This document shows positions 60,191 to 64,000 of a DNA stretch of 64,000 nt, piece by piece (the first letter of the stretch is position 1; the number at the start of each line of letters is the position of its first letter). Both the position numbers and the translations under genes were made by a program. The stretch is from Macrostomum hystrix (taxonomy: Eukaryota > Animalia > Platyhelminthes), in contig CATNEN010000010.1 of the NCBI GenBank assembly GCA_950097015.1, forward strand, positions 2,418,001 through 2,482,000, given 5' to 3'. The notes below the pieces were generated by a model. It was not told where the DNA came from. It searched no databases and saw only the letters and a program-made list of their open reading frames with translations.

Positions 60191-60763
60191 CTGCTGTCTG
60201 AGCTGATTGCCTCATTCGGCAGTACCTGCTGTCTGAGCTGATTGCCTCATTCGGCAGTACCTGCTGTCTGAGCTGATTGCCTCATTCGGCAGTATTTGCT
60301 GTCTGAGCTGATTGCCTCATTCGGCAGTACCTGCTGTCTGAGCTGATTGCCTCATTCGGCAGTACCTGCTGTCTGAGCTGATTGCCTCATTCGGCAGTAC
60401 CTGCTGTCTGAGCTGATTGCCTCATTCGGCAGTACCTGCTGTCTGAGCTGATTGCCTCATTCGGCAGTACCTGCTGTCTGAGCTGATTGCCTCATTCGGC
60501 AGTACCTGCTGTCTGAGCTGATTGCCTCATTCGGCAGTATTTGCTGTCTGAGCTGATTGCCTCATTCGGCAGTACCTGCTGTCTGAGCTGATTGCCTCAT
60601 TCGGCAGTACCTGCTGTCTGAGCTGATTGCCTCATTCGGCAGTACCTGCTGTCTGAGCTGATTGCCTCATTCGGCAGTACCTGCTGTCTGAGCTGATTGC
60701 CTCATTCGGCAGTACCTGCTGTCTGAGCTGATTGCCTCATTCGGCAGTACCTGCTGTCTGAGC
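60191..60763. repeat. 35-bp minisatellite, about 16 units
   Basis: CTGCTGTCTGAGCTGATTGCCTCATTCGGCAGTAC. Confidence 0.96.
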
Positions 60764-61099
60764 TTGTAACTGCTTGCAAAGCATACAGATTCTCTGAATG
60801 GTGTTTGTTACTGCAGTTGGTTGGCATGTACAGCCAGCTGCAGCTTTAGGTTGCGCTTCCAAACAATGTGTACCGCTGTTCATTCTGTAGACTCGGCCAC
60901 AATATCCAATGAAATCTCTGGCACAGTTAATGCTGCAACTCGTTTCTTAGCCAGATGAACTGAAGCAAAGGGAGGAATAAAGTCTTTCACCATGCAGGAC
61001 ACGTGTTTTAATTTCTAAAAGTGCAAAATCATAATCACAAGGTATAGGGCTAGCTTCATAGAACTCCTGGATGAGCCATCAGTACACTACCTGACGGCA

Positions 61100-61730
61100 G
61101 ATGCCTTCAGCATCTGTCATCTCAGCTGGCAGGTGATGAAACGCCGAGTTCAGGTCTGTCAAGCCCGCTCGGGTGTCTGCAGCGTGAGCAGCACCTTCTG
61201 CACCGGCTGCGGGTAGAAGAACTCGGCGTGGAGGATGTGGCCTGCTAGATGGAGTCGCCGACGACGCAGCAGTTTGCTTGGACGTGTCAGGCTGAGGCGT
61301 TAATAGAGCATCGCGCAGGTGACTCGCTCGTCGCTGATCTTGAAAGCGGTGCGCAAAGTTTGCTGTTCGAGTGAGCCAGACGTCAGCATTGTGCAGCACG
61401 ACTGTCTCGAACACCGCCTGGATCAGCACCGCCCCTGCCCGCCAAGCAGAACACCGAACTCATGACATTACAAAACTAGTGCTAACCCAGTCTAGCCCGC
61501 AGCAGATCAGAGCGCCTCGACAGAAAACTGCGGTATTGATCTGTGGAGCACGACGGTCATCCACGTGCTGACCATCCGGCCGACGCTCGCGGCAACGCCA
61601 TCGGCGAAGCCAAGACCCATTCGTCGCCGCAGGAGGAAGCCATCGTCATCGAAAGGAAGAACAGTTCGCAGCGCCCAGTTCAGGACCTGATCGAACAGGG
61701 ACGGCGCCAGTGTGCCCTTGTCTGAAAGGC
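61100..61730 (-). mobile_element. Degenerate RTE-like LINE reverse transcriptase fragment
   Basis: Minus-strand GTLAPSLFDQVLNWALRTVLPFDDDGFLLRRR..LGFADG (degenerate QGDTLAP and YADD regions) and IQAVFETVVLHNADVW. Confidence 0.65.
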
Positions 61731-62239
61731 ATTTGACAGGCTTCCGTTCTCATCACAGCAGCTCTCATAGCACTCAGACCTCGTGACCGAGTTGAATGTC
61801 TATGTTATAACTTGTTGCGTGTAATGGGTTCTGGGCCTCCGGTCAGGCCGTGTGCAGTGTATGCACGGGATCGAATTCTGGACCGCCCGGCGTTTACCGT
61901 GGGAGGGAGAAGCAAGGGAGGGGGGCCGTCAACCGTCGAGGTGCTCCGAAACTCGGGGTCTGTGGGGAGATATTGAATAGACAGGAAGCACACGGAGACT
62001 CCTTATCCAGTAAACGGAATTGAAAACGTTGCCCTGTGAGCGGATGGCCACTCGACGGCAAAAATCATCAGGGGATAATCTCAACCAATGTGATTCCACT
62101 CAGGTATTAATAGCAGTTATAGTGGGGCTACGAAATTACTAAGCCAGAGAATGCAGTGTAGCGTCATTCTGCGCGGCAGGTTCGAATGTACTTCTGATGC
62201 TGTCGGTGGTATTTTAGGATAGCCGGCAATTTGTGCCAT

Positions 62240-62470
62240 GCTCATTTATAAGCACACTGCATGAGGCGGGGGAGGATGGGGCAGCGCGACAGTTAAGACG
62301 GGACAGAGAGGGAGTAAGCTGGGGGCGGGGCTGACCAATCACGCCCCGACCATGCAACGAAAAACTGTTTTGAGTCAGCTGCACGGGATTGGGAGGGGGT
62401 TGGGATCAGGGCTAAAGCCACGAAGAGGCGAGGCAGGGTGAGCGAGAGAAAAGCTTTAACCAATCAGAGA
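62240..62470 (-). promoter_or_regulatory. Pol II promoter-like motif cluster (CCAAT, GC box, TATA)
   Basis: CCAATC at about 62335 and 62460, GGGGCGGGG at about 62322, TATAAAT on the minus strand near 62250. Motif match only. Confidence 0.3.
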
Positions 62471-63393
62471 ACTCCGGATTAGCGAGAGCAAGCCGATCTG
62501 GAGAACCGGATCGGGAGGTGAGCCAGTCGGTTCGGGAAGGCGCAGCGCACTTGAGACGGGACGGGTCAAGGGCGATAAACAAAAACAAGGGAAAGAGTGC
62601 ATCTCACTACATTTACACTCGTACATTAAATGCAGTGGATTAGCAGAGACGAGCTGGTATCTGCATCACTGTACCGCGGTGAGGTGCGCTGGCAACCAAA
62701 ACTTTTCGCTTCATGAAGGAGAAGTTAAGCATCAAATCATTTCTAAAAGAATATTTCTTTACTTTCAAATTTTCTCCGATCGAAAACTTAGCATTTTTGG
62801 GTATCAACGATTGGCCAAGATTTGCTCATTTTGTTCTGGTCTTGGGCTATTTATTTATCCGATCCGAAAAAGATTTTAGCGCAACTGAGGGTTTCACTGT
62901 AGTGGGAAATAGTTTAACTTCATTCTGTTTTCAACTTAAGTTTACGCATTTTCTTAGAAAGCACAGGAGCTGCACAACTTCAGCACATTTCCTTATAGGT
63001 AGCATTCCTATGACAAAGTACTTACGTATTGCTCATTGTCCAATGCAATGCGCTAAGAAATAGACGTTCCGTTTAACGCTCATTCAGTCTATTTTAGTCT
63101 TCGCATGAATCATGGAACAATTGTGTACACCTCTCAGCATCTATTTTTAAACATTAGTACGCGTGAAGCAAGCCAATTTTACCAACTCGCAGAATTTCCA
63201 AGCCGAAGCCATTGAGTGTAAGTTTTATGAATCACTATTTCAGTCCAAGTACAGATAAGGCGTCACAGTGCGAGCTAATTTGAAAGCAAGCCAGCAGGTT
63301 TAAATACCCAAGCAGCCAGGGACTCAGTTTTTGCAACCGCAAGAACACCCAGCAGGCTAAAATTTAAAGCTCCACATTAACAATACGAGAGAA

Positions 63394-64000
63394 ATGCAGG
63401 TCAGCAACGTCTTCAGTCAGACATTCGTCAGAGCACTGACTACGAAGGAGCCTGATGAATACAGCATTAACAGCCTGGTGTTCTGCGTCACGGCGGCCAG
63501 GTGTCCCGAGTTCGCGCTGCGCTCGCGCCGTCTGCAGTCGCTCAGGTCGGCGGTCCACCTGGACGAGGCGGCCCGATGCCGATGGGCGGACGCGGGCTTC
63601 TTCCTGACTGACGGCGCGGCTGCAGTCCGCTGCTTCCACTGCAGGCAGCCAGCTTCCGGTGCCGCAGGCGACCTCCGTCGCCACCGCCGAGTCGACAGAC
63701 GACGCGGAGCCGCTGCGCCTTCACGAGCAGCTCGGCGAGCAGTGCGAGCTGCTCCGACTGCTCAAGGTGGCGCACGGCATGCTGAGCGAGCGACACGAGA
63801 AGGTCGTGACGAGCTCGACGAAGCTGAGGCGCGCTCTCGCCAAGCTGAGGAGCGACCTGCTCGAGCGCAAGTCGATGCTCGGTCTGGTCGAGTCGTTCGG
63901 CTTCGACAGGAGCAGCGTGATGTTCTGCGCCTGTCGGCAGTTCATGACTCAGGGAGGCCGTCTGGCCAGCAGACCGGGCGACCTCATCGAGCTGATCCAC
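63394..64000 (+). pseudogene. IAP-like copy D, runs off window, +1 frameshift in the BIR
   Basis: In-frame leader MQVSNVFSQ..SINSLVFC; TGCAGGCAGC versus TGCGGCAGC in copies A-C at about 63643. Confidence 0.8.

Noticed and set aside
6320-60763. CRISPR-like appearance of regular 28-46 bp repeats
   Set aside because: Units abut directly with no unique spacers, no cas genes, eukaryotic context.
62005-62095. Hammerhead ribozyme candidate (CTGATGA on minus strand)
   Set aside because: No GAAA core after stem II (reads GCAAC) and stem I does not close at a cleavage triplet.

Overview
Eukaryotic (animal) genomic DNA with GC-rich exons, AT-rich spacers and introns packed with private minisatellites. 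The organism is inferred, not proven, to be a free-living flatworm of the Macrostomum type. Host genes reconstructed by hand from GT-AG boundaries: glyoxalase II (3' exon only), NAF1, two identical RPS2 copies, an MPV17/PMP22 protein, M6/proteolipid, UBXN7, MRPL33, a tandem-RING protein, DNAJC16, an orphan acidic coiled-coil protein, a putative RFamide neuropeptide precursor, a divergent TRPC-like channel, 7B2, and four recently duplicated BIR-UBA-RING (IAP-like) genes carrying a variable 21-bp coding repeat. Mobile DNA: hAT remnant, a foldback-type MITE with an 8-bp TSD, two Helitron-like 3' ends, a 5'-truncated RT-RNase H LINE, an RTE-like fragment and a full-length Ingi-like LINE. The most striking feature is the 5' end of that Ingi-like element (minus strand, 47108-51151). 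It carries in order a 66-nt HDV/CPEB3-type self-cleaving ribozyme fold starting at the element's first base, a cUUCGg hairpin, and an AUG-less frame with a viral-type 2A peptide (LLLSGDIEQNPGP) directly before the APE domain. The element is inserted in sense orientation into one IAP copy. Most long ORFs over repeats in the supplied track are artefacts. No CRISPR, rRNA or intact tRNA was found.
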